Origin: Dehalococcoidia bacterium
Lineage (GTDB): Bacteria; Chloroflexota; Dehalococcoidia; Lucifugimonadales; UBA3495
Direction of reading: 5' to 3'
NCBI GenBank assembly: GCA_965232845.1
Contig: OZ247428.1
Location: 1,159,535-1,223,534 of the forward strand
Length of the DNA: 64,000 nt
Positions 35,643-45,776 of the stretch are shown one piece after another. Each line of letters opens with the position of its first letter. The first letter of the stretch is position 1. Under the pieces are notes generated by a model, which was not told the DNA's origin, did not search any database, and saw only the letters and a program-made list of their open reading frames with translations. The position numbers were made by a program, and so were the translations under genes.

Positions 35643-36557
35643 TTAGGCAGAAAGGTCTTGAAGCACCTGTTCAAGTTCTGCGGGCAATCCTGACCTGAAT
35701 GTCGTAGGCTCGGCTGTAACCGGATGGCGAAAGCCCAGGACGTTGGCGTGCAAAAAATGGCGATTCAGATCGGGGCTCCGTCTGCCGTAAACCTCGTCTC
35801 CGAATAGGGGACAACCCATGTAAGCCATGTGTACCCGTATCTGGTGGGTACGCCCCGTTTCCAGCACCAGCTCTACGAGGGAGCAATTCCCGTATTGAGC
35901 AACTACCTGGTAGTGGGTTCTTGCCTCCCTTCCACCAAGGACGACGGCCATTCTTTTTCGGTGCCGGGGGTCTCGGGCGATGGGAGCATCTATCGTCCCT
36001 TTCTCCTGCGGGAGAGTCCCGACGGAAAGAGCCACGTAACCCTTATGGACCTGCCGAGCCCTGATCTGTTCGGAGAGATCATGATGAGCCTTTTCAGTCT
36101 TGGCGATGACCAGCAACCCTGAGGTGTCTTTGTCAAGTCGGTGGACAATTCCGGGTCGTGCAACCCCGCCAATGCCTTCGATGTCGGGACAACGGGCCAG
36201 GAGGGCGTTCACCAATGTACCATCCGGGTGACCGGGGCCGGGATGCACGGAAAGGCCGGCCGGCTTGTCGATGACCGCGAACTCCGAATCCTGATAAACA
36301 ATGTCCAGGGGAATATCCTGGGCAACCAGGTGCGCTTCTCTTACCGGCGGGATGGTTAACACTATACAGTCGCCTGCTTTGACCTTCTGTGACGGGCGGG
36401 GCGGAATACCGTTGAGGCTAACCATGCCTTCCGTGATAAGCGAATGGATGCGACTCCTGGTCAGGCCCTTATCCTTGCTCGCAAGAAAACTATCAATCCG
36501 CGACCCATCCGTGGTCACCCTGAACTTCCTAACCGTTTCGTTCCCTTTTTCCGTCAA
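35643..36557 (-). CDS. rluD: RluA-family 23S rRNA pseudouridine synthase (RluD-like) with an S4 domain
   Basis: Motifs are GLSVHPG and HRLDKDTSGLLVIAK, then GRTHQIRVHM. Confidence 0.85.
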   Translation of the reverse strand: MTEKGNETVRKFRVTTDGSRIDSFLASKDKGLTRSRIHSLITEGMVSLNGIPPRPSQKVKAGDCIVLTIPPVREAHLVAQDIPLDIVYQDSEFAVIDKPAGLSVHPGPGHPDGTLVNALLARCPDIEGIGGVARPGIVHRLDKDTSGLLVIAKTEKAHHDLSEQIRARQVHKGYVALSVGTLPQEKGTIDAPIARDPRHRKRMAVVLGGREARTHYQVVAQYGNCSLVELVLETGRTHQIRVHMAYMGCPLFGDEVYGRRSPDLNRHFLHANVLGFRHPVTAEPTTFRSGLPAELEQVLQDLSA

Positions 36558-36560
36558 TGC

Positions 36561-37415
36561 TTAACCTTGCCGCCGGTAAGCTCGCCGCTGCAGGTAGCGC
36601 CGCCCAGCGGGAATATGCATTGGCATTTGGCATCCACTTCGCCTGCCCGCGTGGTACCTGCCACACCGGGCACACCTGCCCCTTCTCTTAAGCTGATAGT
36701 TTCTAGGCGCAAGTGGCCCTGGGGCCGACACCACATCTTTTTTGCCAGATACCAGCAGTATCCAGCCAAGCAGAACCAGTCCTGAAATTATGGAAGCATC
36801 CGCCAGGTTGAAAATAGGCCAAAGACCGACATCGACGAAGTCGGTTACTGCACCCAAACGGAGACGATCAAGCAGGTTTCCCACGGCGCCTCCTATTTGA
36901 AGGGCCAAGCTCAATCGCAGCAGGTTAGTGACCTTGGGCTGGCTCTGGTAGATCATAGCCAGCACGAAAATTCCCACAAAGGAAACGAAAATCAGAGGCG
37001 TGTTGTTGCCTTGGAGAATTCCAAACGCGCTGCCCGTATTCTCCGCGTGGGTAAACCTGAAGAATCCCGTGCTGGGATAGGAATGACCAAATGGAAGATA
37101 GGCACGTACGAGGAATTTCGTAAGTTGGTCGAGAAGGAAGACTATGCCCGCAAGCTGAAGCAGGTCAAAGTCGAGGAATATTGGGCGTTTTCGAAAAAGT
37201 GCGGGCTCAGGCCTATCAGCATCTGCCTTCTCGGCTGGAGCAGCCGCAGGCACTAGGGAAACAGTCGCCTCAGTATAGGCCGACGTGGTGGTATCGCTGT
37301 CAACTGTTTCGGTCTCCCGGTCGCTGCCCTCCGGATCCCCCGTGACAGTTGCTTCAGGGGCCCCGCCTTCAGAACTCGATCCAGAAACTTCCTCGCAGCT
37401 ATCCCGGTTGGTCAT
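36561..37415 (-). CDS. lspA: Lipoprotein signal peptidase II with unusual N- and C-terminal extensions
   Basis: The core reads LLDQLTKFLV...FRFTHAENTGSAFGIL...IGGAVGNLLDRLRLGAVTDFVDVGLWPIFNLADASI. An acidic leader of about 95 aa precedes it. An Arg-rich tail of about 60 aa follows it. Confidence 0.75.
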   Translation of the reverse strand: MTNRDSCEEVSGSSSEGGAPEATVTGDPEGSDRETETVDSDTTTSAYTEATVSLVPAAAPAEKADADRPEPALFRKRPIFLDFDLLQLAGIVFLLDQLTKFLVRAYLPFGHSYPSTGFFRFTHAENTGSAFGILQGNNTPLIFVSFVGIFVLAMIYQSQPKVTNLLRLSLALQIGGAVGNLLDRLRLGAVTDFVDVGLWPIFNLADASIISGLVLLGWILLVSGKKDVVSAPGPLAPRNYQLKRRGRCARCGRYHAGRRSGCQMPMHIPAGRRYLQRRAYRRQG

Positions 37416-37422
37416 TTGAAAT

Positions 37423-38064
37423 CTACTTCAACTGCTCAGCGAAGAACTCGGCAACCGGCCCTACCAACTGACGTTCCATGCCGCCCCAAAAATGGTCTGC
37501 ACCATTAATGACCTCAAACTTGGGGTTGCGAGCAAATTCGTCAAGATTTGTTTGAAGGTCTTCCGCCTCTACCAGTTTGTCCCGGCTGCCTGTAATGATG
37601 AATGTGGGTGTCTTGGATTTCTTCAGGGGTGTGTCAGACAGCGCGCGAATATTTGGGGAGACCAGAGCTATGGATTTTGCCTTCTTCTGGACAGCGGAGT
37701 TGCCGAGGATTACCGACGTTCCAAAGGAATAACCAACCAGGCCAAGTTTTCGGCCGTCCACGTTAGGCCAAGCCTTGAGCAGCTCAAAGGCCCCCAGAAC
37801 TTCCTGGTATTCCTGCTCTCCCTTGGTGTGTTCTCCGTCGCTGTTGCCAACACCCCGGAAATTGAACCGGATGGTGGCAAATCCCTGTTCGACCAGGGAA
37901 AACGAAACAGCAATCACCACGTTGTTATCCATGTTGCCGCCAAACAGCGGGTGAGGGTGGCAAATTACCACGCCGGGTATTGGGCCGCTTACGTCATCAG
38001 GAGTGGCCACAATGCCCTCAAAATTCAAGCCTTTGGCTTTGAAACTAACTGCGCTCTGTCGCAT
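37423..38064 (-). CDS. Alpha/beta-fold hydrolase
   Basis: VVICHPHPLFGGNMDNNV, with the nucleophile elbow GYSFG. The start is at Met23 of the track ORF, preceded by GGAGGA (complement of 38071-38076). Confidence 0.75.
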   Translation of the reverse strand: MRQSAVSFKAKGLNFEGIVATPDDVSGPIPGVVICHPHPLFGGNMDNNVVIAVSFSLVEQGFATIRFNFRGVGNSDGEHTKGEQEYQEVLGAFELLKAWPNVDGRKLGLVGYSFGTSVILGNSAVQKKAKSIALVSPNIRALSDTPLKKSKTPTFIITGSRDKLVEAEDLQTNLDEFARNPKFEVINGADHFWGGMERQLVGPVAEFFAEQLK

Positions 38065-38177
38065 TTGACGTCCTCCAGTGTGCCATCTGGCGCCTGCGGC
38101 CATATTAGAAGACTCAATAGAGTTTGGCAAGGAATCCTGCTAGAATAGCCCGAATCACCCCTATGGGAGCCGAACAA

Positions 38178-39239
38178 ATGAACGTGATAGACCTGCGAAG
38201 CGATACGATCACCCACCCCACGGAGGCGATGCGAAAAGCCATGTCCGAAGCCGAAGTCGGTGACGATGTTTACGGCGAAGATCCATCCATAAATTTGCTT
38301 GAGCAGCGGGCGGCAGAAATCCTGGGGAAGGAAGCGGGGCTATTGACTGCCAGCGGCACAATGAGCAATCTGGTCGCCGCTCTCACTTATTGCCACCGTG
38401 GCGACGAGATAATCATGGGAGACCAGGCACACATGTTCTGGAACGAATCGGCCGGTGTTTCGGCGTTGGCCGGCGCGCAAGTTCGGTTGGTCCCCAACGA
38501 CGATCAGGGCAAGATAGACCCTCAGGACCTGACCGCTGCCATTCGTCCTCGGGGCAACGTCCATATGCCACCCACAACTCTGGTCTGCCTGGAGAACACT
38601 CATAACCGGTGCAGCGGTGCGGCACTGACACCGCAGGACACCAGAACCGTAGCCGACGTGGCTCACGAGGCGGGAGCAAGCGTACACATGGATGGGGCCC
38701 GCATCTTTAACGCGGCAGTGGCTCTGGAAGTTCCGCCAGCTGAGTTGGTTAAGGACGTGGACGACGTTTCTTTCTGCCTCTCCAAAGCCCTGAGTTGCCC
38801 AGTTGGTTCGGTCCTGGTCGGTTCCGAAGAATTTATAGGCGAAGCTCGCCGATGGCGGAAAATGATCGGCGGGGGCATGCGCCAGGCAGGAGTTTTGGCC
38901 GCCGCCGGCCTGGTAGCCCTTGACACTATGATTAATCGACTGGCCGACGACCACGCCAACGCCCGTCGTCTGGCCCAGGGACTGGCTGATATCGAGGGGC
39001 TTAAAGTTGATCCTGAAAGCATTCAGACGAACATCGTGATTTTCGAAATCGACCCTTCTGTGGGCACTGCTCCGGAAGTCCTTCAAGCTTTGGCCGACGC
39101 AGGTGTCAAGGTTACGCCGTCCCGAACCCAAACCCTGAGAATGGTGACCCACCGCCAGGTTGACAGCGCCGACGTAGAGGAAGCTCTGTCAAGGGTAGCC
39201 GAGGTGGTTGGAAAGCTTCGCGAGCAGAACAATGCTTGA
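38178..39239 (+). CDS. ltaE: Low-specificity L-threonine aldolase
   Basis: MNVIDLRSDTITHPTEAMRKAMSEAEVGDDVYGEDPSINLLEQRAAEILGKEAGLLTASGTMSNL. The start is ATG 38178, after GGGAG. Confidence 0.85.
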   Translation: MNVIDLRSDTITHPTEAMRKAMSEAEVGDDVYGEDPSINLLEQRAAEILGKEAGLLTASGTMSNLVAALTYCHRGDEIIMGDQAHMFWNESAGVSALAGAQVRLVPNDDQGKIDPQDLTAAIRPRGNVHMPPTTLVCLENTHNRCSGAALTPQDTRTVADVAHEAGASVHMDGARIFNAAVALEVPPAELVKDVDDVSFCLSKALSCPVGSVLVGSEEFIGEARRWRKMIGGGMRQAGVLAAAGLVALDTMINRLADDHANARRLAQGLADIEGLKVDPESIQTNIVIFEIDPSVGTAPEVLQALADAGVKVTPSRTQTLRMVTHRQVDSADVEEALSRVAEVVGKLREQNNA

Positions 39240-39303
39240 AGGAACACTAACATCGAAGTATTTGAAGGCACTCTGTTTGCCTGAACCATGAGGTGCCGTA
39301 AGA

Positions 39304-39891
39304 ATGGCTGACATTACTCTGGACAAGTCAACTACCGCATTGCTCATCGCCGACTTTTATGCGGATATGATGAACTCCATTCCCCACGCCATCGAACGGG
39401 GAGTGGTGGCGAAGACCCAGGAAATACAACAAGTGGCCAGAGACGCCGGCGTTATGGTCTGCTACTCGGCAACCGTGTTTCGCCCAGGTTATCCGGAAAT
39501 CAGCGACCGGAATAAGACTTTCAGCCAGCGAAAAGCGTCGGGCCAGCCGGCTGTAAGCGATCCGTTGCAGGTTATCCACGAGGCGGTCAGGCCAATCGAG
39601 GGAGAAGTAGTTGCCGGAAAGCATCGGGTCAATGCCATGTTTGGCACAGACCTGGAAATGGCTTTAAGAGCAAACAACATTGAAACGGTGGTGATGCTGG
39701 GCTATGCCACCAGCGGCGTTGTGTTGTCTACGACCCGTTATGCGGCCGATGCTGACTTCAGGCTCATCATCGTAGAGGACTGCTGTTCCGACCAGGACCC
39801 AGAGGTGCACGACTTCCTTACCCAGCGTATCTTCCCGCGGCAAGCTGATGTGGTAAGTGCGGCCGAGGTAATTCAGGCTCTTTCGGCCTGA
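39304..39891 (+). CDS. Isochorismatase-family cysteine hydrolase
   Basis: TALLIADFY...GKHRVNAMFGTDLEMALRANNIETVVMLGYATSGVVLST...IVEDCCSD. Confidence 0.75.
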   Translation: MADITLDKSTTALLIADFYADMMNSIPHAIERGVVAKTQEIQQVARDAGVMVCYSATVFRPGYPEISDRNKTFSQRKASGQPAVSDPLQVIHEAVRPIEGEVVAGKHRVNAMFGTDLEMALRANNIETVVMLGYATSGVVLSTTRYAADADFRLIIVEDCCSDQDPEVHDFLTQRIFPRQADVVSAAEVIQALSA

Positions 39892-41237
39892 TTAGATTCC
39901 TCGCCGCCCCACCACTTCTGCAGCCTCTCCCGGATTTCCCTCTCTTTTCCTTCCTCGGCCGGGTGATAGTATTTGGCACCCTTCAAAGTCGGAGGTAGGT
40001 AATCCTGTTCAACAAAGTGACCGGGAAAGTCGTGGGAGTAGCGATACCCTTTGCCGTAGTCCATCGCCTTCATCATGCCGGTTACTGCATTTCTCAAATG
40101 TAACGGTACCGGGTCGTTAGGTTTCTTTCTGACATCATCCAGCGCACGTTCCAGAGCCAAGTACGCAGTGTTGCTCTTGGGAGAGGTAGCGAGATACACC
40201 GTTGCTTCGGCCAAAGGAATCCGGGCTTCCGGCATTCCAAGGAAGTGCACCGCCTGTTGTGCCGCAACCGCAATCGGCAAGGCCTGCGGCTCTGCCAGTC
40301 CAATGTCCTCTGACGCCAGAATCACCAGCCGTCTGGCTATGAACAACGGGTCTTCTCCCGCCTCCAGCATACGGGCCAGCCAGTAAAGCGCTCCATCGGG
40401 AGACGACCCGCGCACTGATTTAATGAACGCAGATATGGTGTCATAGTGCCCCTCTCCTGCTTTGTCATATAGCGGAGACCTGCGTTGCAGAGCATCGGAG
40501 ATTACTTCGACAGTGATTTGCGTGCCACTTGAGCCGTCAGCCTGGGTGGCTGCGGCGGCTGTTTCCAGAGCATTCAGCGCAACCCGGGCGTCGCCATTCG
40601 CGATGTTGACCAAATGGTCCAGCGCTTCGGGCGCCATGGTTGCTTTCATGTCCCCCAGGCCACGTTCCTGGTCCTCCATAGCTCGGCCCACAATGCCGGC
40701 AACCTGTTCCTCGAACAGCGCCTGGAGTGTGAATACTCGGCAGCGCGAGAGGAGTGGCGCATTGACTTCGAAAGAAGGGTTTTCCGTGGTTGCCCCAATG
40801 AAAGTAACAGTGCCATCCTCCACGTGGGGCAGAATGACATCTTGCTGGGCTTTGTTGAAACGGTGTATTTCGTCTACGAACAGGATTGTACGCCGCTGGT
40901 ACATTCCTTGCCGGTCGCGGGCCTCGGTCACTATGCGCCGAAGGTCGGCGACTCCGGAAGTTACCGCGCTTATTTGCTCGAAGTGAGCTTCAGTTTCGGT
41001 GGCTACCAGGCGAGCCAGAGTTGTCTTGCCGCTTCCGGGAGGGCCCCAAAGAATTAGAGAGGGCAACCGGTCGGCAGCTATGGCCCGGCGCAGCACACGG
41101 TCCTGTCCGAGGATGTGTTCCTGTCCGACAAATTCTTCGAAACTTCGGGGCCGCATTCGTTCGGCCAGCGGGGCCGTCGCGTCCGCCTGCTTTTGCCGGC
41201 CAAAATCGAACAGAGAACCGGAAGTGGCCAACTGCAC
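39873..41237 (-). CDS. rarA: Replication-associated recombination protein A (AAA+ ATPase)
   Basis: LAERMRPRSFEEFVGQEHILG...LILWGPPGSGKTTLARL...ILFVDEIHRFNKAQQD. Confidence 0.9.
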   Translation of the reverse strand: MQLATSGSLFDFGRQKQADATAPLAERMRPRSFEEFVGQEHILGQDRVLRRAIAADRLPSLILWGPPGSGKTTLARLVATETEAHFEQISAVTSGVADLRRIVTEARDRQGMYQRRTILFVDEIHRFNKAQQDVILPHVEDGTVTFIGATTENPSFEVNAPLLSRCRVFTLQALFEEQVAGIVGRAMEDQERGLGDMKATMAPEALDHLVNIANGDARVALNALETAAAATQADGSSGTQITVEVISDALQRRSPLYDKAGEGHYDTISAFIKSVRGSSPDGALYWLARMLEAGEDPLFIARRLVILASEDIGLAEPQALPIAVAAQQAVHFLGMPEARIPLAEATVYLATSPKSNTAYLALERALDDVRKKPNDPVPLHLRNAVTGMMKAMDYGKGYRYSHDFPGHFVEQDYLPPTLKGAKYYHPAEEGKEREIRERLQKWWGGEESNQAERA

Positions 41238-42251
41238 CTACTTGAAGTGGGGGATTACCTCTTCGGAAAACAATCGCATGGAGGCGTGAACATCTTCGTT
41301 GGGAAGGAGACCGCCAACCGCAAACCAACACATGATTTCGTCCGCCCCTAGCAGTTCTATGATGGACTCGAGCTTATCTATCACTCGTTCGGGACTGCCA
41401 ATGGCAGAAAGCTCGGTGGACACGTGCTCATAGCTCAAGTCCCTGGTTCGGCCAGATATTACCCTGGAACGGTTCCCCTGCAAAATAGACAGATAATTGC
41501 GGAGGCTGGTTTCATAACCCTGTGTGGAGTTCCCGCCCTCGTCTTTAGTGACGTGTACCAGCACATTTACGTTTACTTTCGTTGTGCCTGGGTCATGGCC
41601 GTGCTCAACCAACTTCCTGCGGTATTCTTTCAAACCTGTCTTGGCGCCGTCCAGGGTGACTACGATGGGCGCAATCAAAATGTTTTGCCCTAACTCGCCC
41701 ACCATTGGGAAGGTGTCCACGCTGTTCGATGCAATGTACACCGGTGGATGAGGCTTCTGATAAGGCTTGGGAACCACTCTAATACCAGAAACCTGGTAGT
41801 ACTTGCCCTCATAATTGAGCTCCTCGCTGGTCCAGGCCTTCAGAACCAGGTCCAGGCCCTCGAGAAAACGATCCCTTCCTTCGCCCACCTCTATACCGTA
41901 ACCCGCATACTGTTGGAGCATGGCACCCCGGCCAGTACCCAGAATCGCCCGCCCCTCCGAGATAACGTCCAGGGTGGCGAACTCCTCTGCCAGCCGAACC
42001 GGGTGATGCAAGGGCATCAGGTTGACGGCAGTCGCAATCTTAAGCTTATTCGTCGTTTGCGCTATGGCCGATCCCAAAAGCAAAGGAGCCGGAAGTACTG
42101 AAAAGCGCGGGTTGAAATGGACTTCGGCCAGCCAAACGGTATCGAACCCCAGATCATCGGCCAACTGAGCCTGGGAAATAGTGTCCGCGTACCTAGCCGC
42201 AGGTGACTGGTCTTCGGCACAGGGAAGCTGATAAAAGATTCCAAATTCCAT
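41238..42251 (-). CDS. LLM-class (luciferase-like) flavin-dependent oxidoreductase
   Basis: MEFGIFYQLP...LGFDTVWLAEVHFNPRFSVLPAPLLLGSAIAQTTNKLKIATAVNLMPLHHP. The start is at Met11 of the track ORF, preceded by AGGAG. Confidence 0.8.
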   Translation of the reverse strand: MEFGIFYQLPCAEDQSPAARYADTISQAQLADDLGFDTVWLAEVHFNPRFSVLPAPLLLGSAIAQTTNKLKIATAVNLMPLHHPVRLAEEFATLDVISEGRAILGTGRGAMLQQYAGYGIEVGEGRDRFLEGLDLVLKAWTSEELNYEGKYYQVSGIRVVPKPYQKPHPPVYIASNSVDTFPMVGELGQNILIAPIVVTLDGAKTGLKEYRRKLVEHGHDPGTTKVNVNVLVHVTKDEGGNSTQGYETSLRNYLSILQGNRSRVISGRTRDLSYEHVSTELSAIGSPERVIDKLESIIELLGADEIMCWFAVGGLLPNEDVHASMRLFSEEVIPHFK

Positions 42252-42356
42252 GCAAGGCTCCTGAACAATAAGTGGGTTCACATCTCAGTAAAGAGATTAA
42301 CAGTGGAAACGTAAAGGATTCCGAGAGAGGACTCCAGCGTCAGCATGCGCGTTGTG

Positions 42357-43955
42357 CTACAAAGGTATGTTTCCATGTTTTTTGGCCGGCAGGTTGTCCC
42401 TCTTGTTGCGGAGCATGTCCAGCGCGCCAATTATGCGCGCCCGGGTTTCCGCCGGGTCGATTACATCGTCCAGGAAACCCTGCCCCGCGGCAATGTAAGG
42501 ATTAGTGAATTTCTCCTGGTAATCGGCGATCAATTCCTGCCGCTTGGCCTCGGCGTCCTCCGCCTTGGAAATTTCCTCCCGATAAATAATGTTGACCGCG
42601 CCGTCCGGACCCATAACGGCGATCTCCGCCGAAGGCCAGGCCAGATTGATGTCGGAGCGCAGGTGCTTGCTGCTCATCACGATGTAGGCCCCACCGTATG
42701 CCTTGCGGATAATTATGCTGACCTTGGGCACCGTAGCTTCTGCATAAGCATAAATGAGCTTGGCGCCGTGTCGTATTATGCCGCCATACTCCTGGTCCAC
42801 TCCTGGCATGAATCCGGGAACATCCACCAAGGTAACCAGAGGGATATTGAAACAATCGCAGAATCGGACAAAGCGGGCAGCCTTGGAAGAGGCATCGATG
42901 TCCAAAACACCGGCCAGATATGAAGGCTGGTTTCCAATAATTCCCACCGTGCTGCCATTGAATCTTCCGAACCCAACTACGACATTTGGGGCAAAATCTG
43001 CCTGGACCTCCATGAACTCTTCGATGGGGACTTCTTCCAGTTCCTCTTCGCCACCGATGTCCACAATTCGATAAATCAAGTCACGAATATCGTAGGGGCG
43101 ATTTGGTTCGTCAGGAACAAGGTACCGCAAGTCCGGGTCAATTCGGTCCACAGGGTCGCCCCGGGTGATCAGCGGAGGGTCTGCCAAATTATTGGAGGGG
43201 AGAAAACCCAGCAGCCTCCGCACTTCGGCCAGGCATTCGTCGTCACTATCGAAAACGAAATGGGCTACCCCGCTGCGGGTCGCATGAGAAGTGGCGCCGC
43301 CCAATTCCTCGTGGGTTACTTCGGCTCCGGTCACCGTCTTAACTACGTCAGGGCCAGTTATGTACATCTGTCCGGTACCTTTGACCATGAAAATGAAGTC
43401 TGTGATGGCCGGCGAGTAAACGGCCCCGCCAGCGGAGGGCCCCATGATGACTGAGATTTGCGGTACAACACCAGAATAGAGAGTGTTTCGGAGAAAAATG
43501 TCGCCGTAAGCGCCCAGGCTCATAACTCCTTCCTGGATGCGCGCACCACCCGAGTCGTTGATACCCACCAACGGACAACCGGTCTTCCCGGCGAGATCCA
43601 TCACCTTGCAGATCTTTTCGCCCACAACCTCTGAAAGCGAGCCCCCAAACACAGTAAAGTCCTGGGCGTAGGCGAAGACCTGCCGACCATCCACCCGGCC
43701 GTAACCGGTGACCACCGCGTCGCCAAGAAACTTGCGATTGGCCAAGCCGAAATCCGTGGTCCGATGGGTTACAAAGGAGTCAATCTCCTGGAAGGTACCC
43801 TCATCCATCAGGCGGGTCAGCCTTTCCCTCGCCGTTAATTTGCCCCGACTGTGTTGTTGTTCGACCCGTTGAGCACCGCCACCCTGGCGGGACTGCTGGC
43901 GCATCTCAGTCAGGTTGTCAATTTTCTGGTCTATGACCCGCTTTTCGGTAGCCAA
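42357..43955 (-). CDS. Acyl-CoA carboxylase carboxyltransferase (beta) subunit, propionyl-CoA/methylmalonyl-CoA type
   Basis: 532 aa with RGKLTARERLTRLMDEGTFQEID...GGSLSEVVGEKI...INDSGGARIQEG. Confidence 0.9.
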   Translation of the reverse strand: MATEKRVIDQKIDNLTEMRQQSRQGGGAQRVEQQHSRGKLTARERLTRLMDEGTFQEIDSFVTHRTTDFGLANRKFLGDAVVTGYGRVDGRQVFAYAQDFTVFGGSLSEVVGEKICKVMDLAGKTGCPLVGINDSGGARIQEGVMSLGAYGDIFLRNTLYSGVVPQISVIMGPSAGGAVYSPAITDFIFMVKGTGQMYITGPDVVKTVTGAEVTHEELGGATSHATRSGVAHFVFDSDDECLAEVRRLLGFLPSNNLADPPLITRGDPVDRIDPDLRYLVPDEPNRPYDIRDLIYRIVDIGGEEELEEVPIEEFMEVQADFAPNVVVGFGRFNGSTVGIIGNQPSYLAGVLDIDASSKAARFVRFCDCFNIPLVTLVDVPGFMPGVDQEYGGIIRHGAKLIYAYAEATVPKVSIIIRKAYGGAYIVMSSKHLRSDINLAWPSAEIAVMGPDGAVNIIYREEISKAEDAEAKRQELIADYQEKFTNPYIAAGQGFLDDVIDPAETRARIIGALDMLRNKRDNLPAKKHGNIPL

Positions 43956-43980
43956 TTCCGCTCCTGGGCAGTCAAATGCT

Positions 43981-44022
43981 CCGATTGATTGACCGAGGTT
44001 TGATTAACCGACGCTCAATCGG
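43981..44022. promoter_or_regulatory. Nested repeat element in the divergent intergenic region: an 8-bp inverted repeat enclosing two direct repeats
   Basis: CCGATTGA (43981-43988) and TCAATCGG (44015-44022) enclose TTGATTGACCGA (43985-43996) and TTGATTAACCGA (44000-44011). Confidence 0.35.
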
Positions 44023-44157
44023 GCATTTGCGAAATCTGCCCCATTATAACCTATGGCAAGATATAATATGTGTACGTCTTTCTATGCAGCTGGAACAGGC
44101 TCTACACAACAGACCAGAACGCTCTGCAGACTAATATCCCTCCTTTGTGAGCCCCCT

Positions 44158-45024
44158 ATGAGCGCGCCACTACTGAGACGGTTTGAAGAGTTAACCGTTG
44201 CCCATGGACAGCCCCTGGTCTGGGGCAAGCGCACCTATGTCATGGGCATAATTAACCTTAGCACGGACTCCTTTTCCGGTGACGGACTGGGATCAGACAC
44301 TTCAGCCGTCGTTGACCAGGCCCTGCGATTTCAGGAGGAAGGGGCAGACTTCCTCGACGTGGGAGCCGAATCCACCCGTCCTGGCTCAAACCCCATTGAA
44401 CCTGAGCAGGAAGTTCGTCTGCTCTCGCCCGCCTTGGAGGCTCTTTCCCAAGTAGCCAAGATTCCCATAAGCGTCGACACTTACAAGTCGCACGTGGCAC
44501 GGGAAGCCCTATTACAGGGCGCCGATATAGTTAACGATGTATGGGGTCTCAAAGCGGATCCTGCACTGGCGAGTGTGGCGGCGGAAGCGGAAGCGCCCCT
44601 GATCCTGATGCACAACCAGAAGACCCGCCGGTACAACCAACTATTGCCCGATATTCTCGGCAGCCTTTCCCAAAGTGTAAAAGCCGCGACCAGCGCGGGA
44701 GTCAGACCGGAGAACATTGTTCTTGACCCTGGGATCGGATTTGGCAAGACCCCGGACCACAATCTGGCGATTCTCAGGCAGCTAACTGAGTTCAAAGCCC
44801 TTGGTTTTCCCCTGCTGGTGGGGACTTCCCGCAAGTCCACCATCGGTTTTGTACTGGACTTGCCTGTGGAAGACAGGCTGGAAGGTACCGCTGCTACCGT
44901 GGCCCTGGCCATAGCTGGGGGTGTGGACATCGTCAGAGTGCATGACGTTAAGGAAATGGTACGAGTGTGCCGGATGAGCGACGCCATAGTGCGCAATTGG
45001 AGGCCTGAACCCTGGGAGCACTAG
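44158..45024 (+). CDS. folP: Dihydropteroate synthase
   Basis: VMGIINLSTDSFSGDG...DVGAESTRPG...DPGIGFGKT. The start is taken at ATG 44158, which is Met36 of the track ORF. Confidence 0.85.
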   Translation: MSAPLLRRFEELTVAHGQPLVWGKRTYVMGIINLSTDSFSGDGLGSDTSAVVDQALRFQEEGADFLDVGAESTRPGSNPIEPEQEVRLLSPALEALSQVAKIPISVDTYKSHVAREALLQGADIVNDVWGLKADPALASVAAEAEAPLILMHNQKTRRYNQLLPDILGSLSQSVKAATSAGVRPENIVLDPGIGFGKTPDHNLAILRQLTEFKALGFPLLVGTSRKSTIGFVLDLPVEDRLEGTAATVALAIAGGVDIVRVHDVKEMVRVCRMSDAIVRNWRPEPWEH

Positions 45025-45026
45025 CA

Positions 45027-45539
45027 GTGAATTCCGTTACAGTCTATTTGGGCCTGGGTTCAAATGTGGGTGATCGCCTCGCCAACCTGGTTCGGGCCCT
45101 GGAGGAGTTGGGTGCCTCCGGCGATCTTGAAATCCTGGGCTGCTCCGCAGTTTACGAGACCGAACCATGGGGGTTGACTGACCAGCCCAAATTCCTCAAC
45201 TGCGCTGTAAAGGCCAGGACAACGCTCACGCCGGAGCAACTGCTGGGACTCGCCAAGACAATTGAGCCAAGGATGGGGCGCACGGCCGGCGTGCGATACG
45301 GCCCCCGGCCAATCGACATTGACATCCTGCTGTACGGGGATCTTGTCATCAATCTGGAGGTTCCGGACCTTCAAATCCCACACCCCCGAATGGCTGAACG
45401 AGCTTTTGTCCTGATCCCTCTGGCTGAAATCGCGCCCTGTGTGAATCATCCCACTAAGAAAGTGCTTATTGCCGATATGTCGTCAAATATAGATGGCTCG
45501 AATGAAGTACATTACTGGGGGCAGATAGCCGGACTATAG
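45027..45539 (+). CDS. folK: 2-amino-4-hydroxy-6-hydroxymethyldihydropteridine diphosphokinase
   Basis: VYLGLGSNVGDR...YETEPWG...RPIDIDILLYG...PHPRM. Confidence 0.85.
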   Translation: MNSVTVYLGLGSNVGDRLANLVRALEELGASGDLEILGCSAVYETEPWGLTDQPKFLNCAVKARTTLTPEQLLGLAKTIEPRMGRTAGVRYGPRPIDIDILLYGDLVINLEVPDLQIPHPRMAERAFVLIPLAEIAPCVNHPTKKVLIADMSSNIDGSNEVHYWGQIAGL

Positions 45540-45776
45540 TCTTCAGCCAGGCGGTTGATGCAGGCGGCACTCCTGGGGAATGTCAACACCCGAAACCCGG
45601 CAAGAATCTAGCCACAATCAAGCTCCAACTGTTGACAATCTCTTAGAGCTATCGCATATTGATAGATGTGAAGATGTCGTCAGAATGACGGCGTTTTTCT
45701 TGTGTCTAACAGTTATAAAAGACAAATGTCGCCAGCCACTGTTCAGGCGACAGATTAACGTGGAGGTTTTTCTAGA

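Noticed and set aside
45540-45776. CIRCE/HAIR heat-shock operator and the 71-aa track ORF 45580..45795 upstream of groEL
   Set aside because: No inverted repeat matches either consensus. The ORF overlaps the groEL RBS and start and has no RBS of its own.
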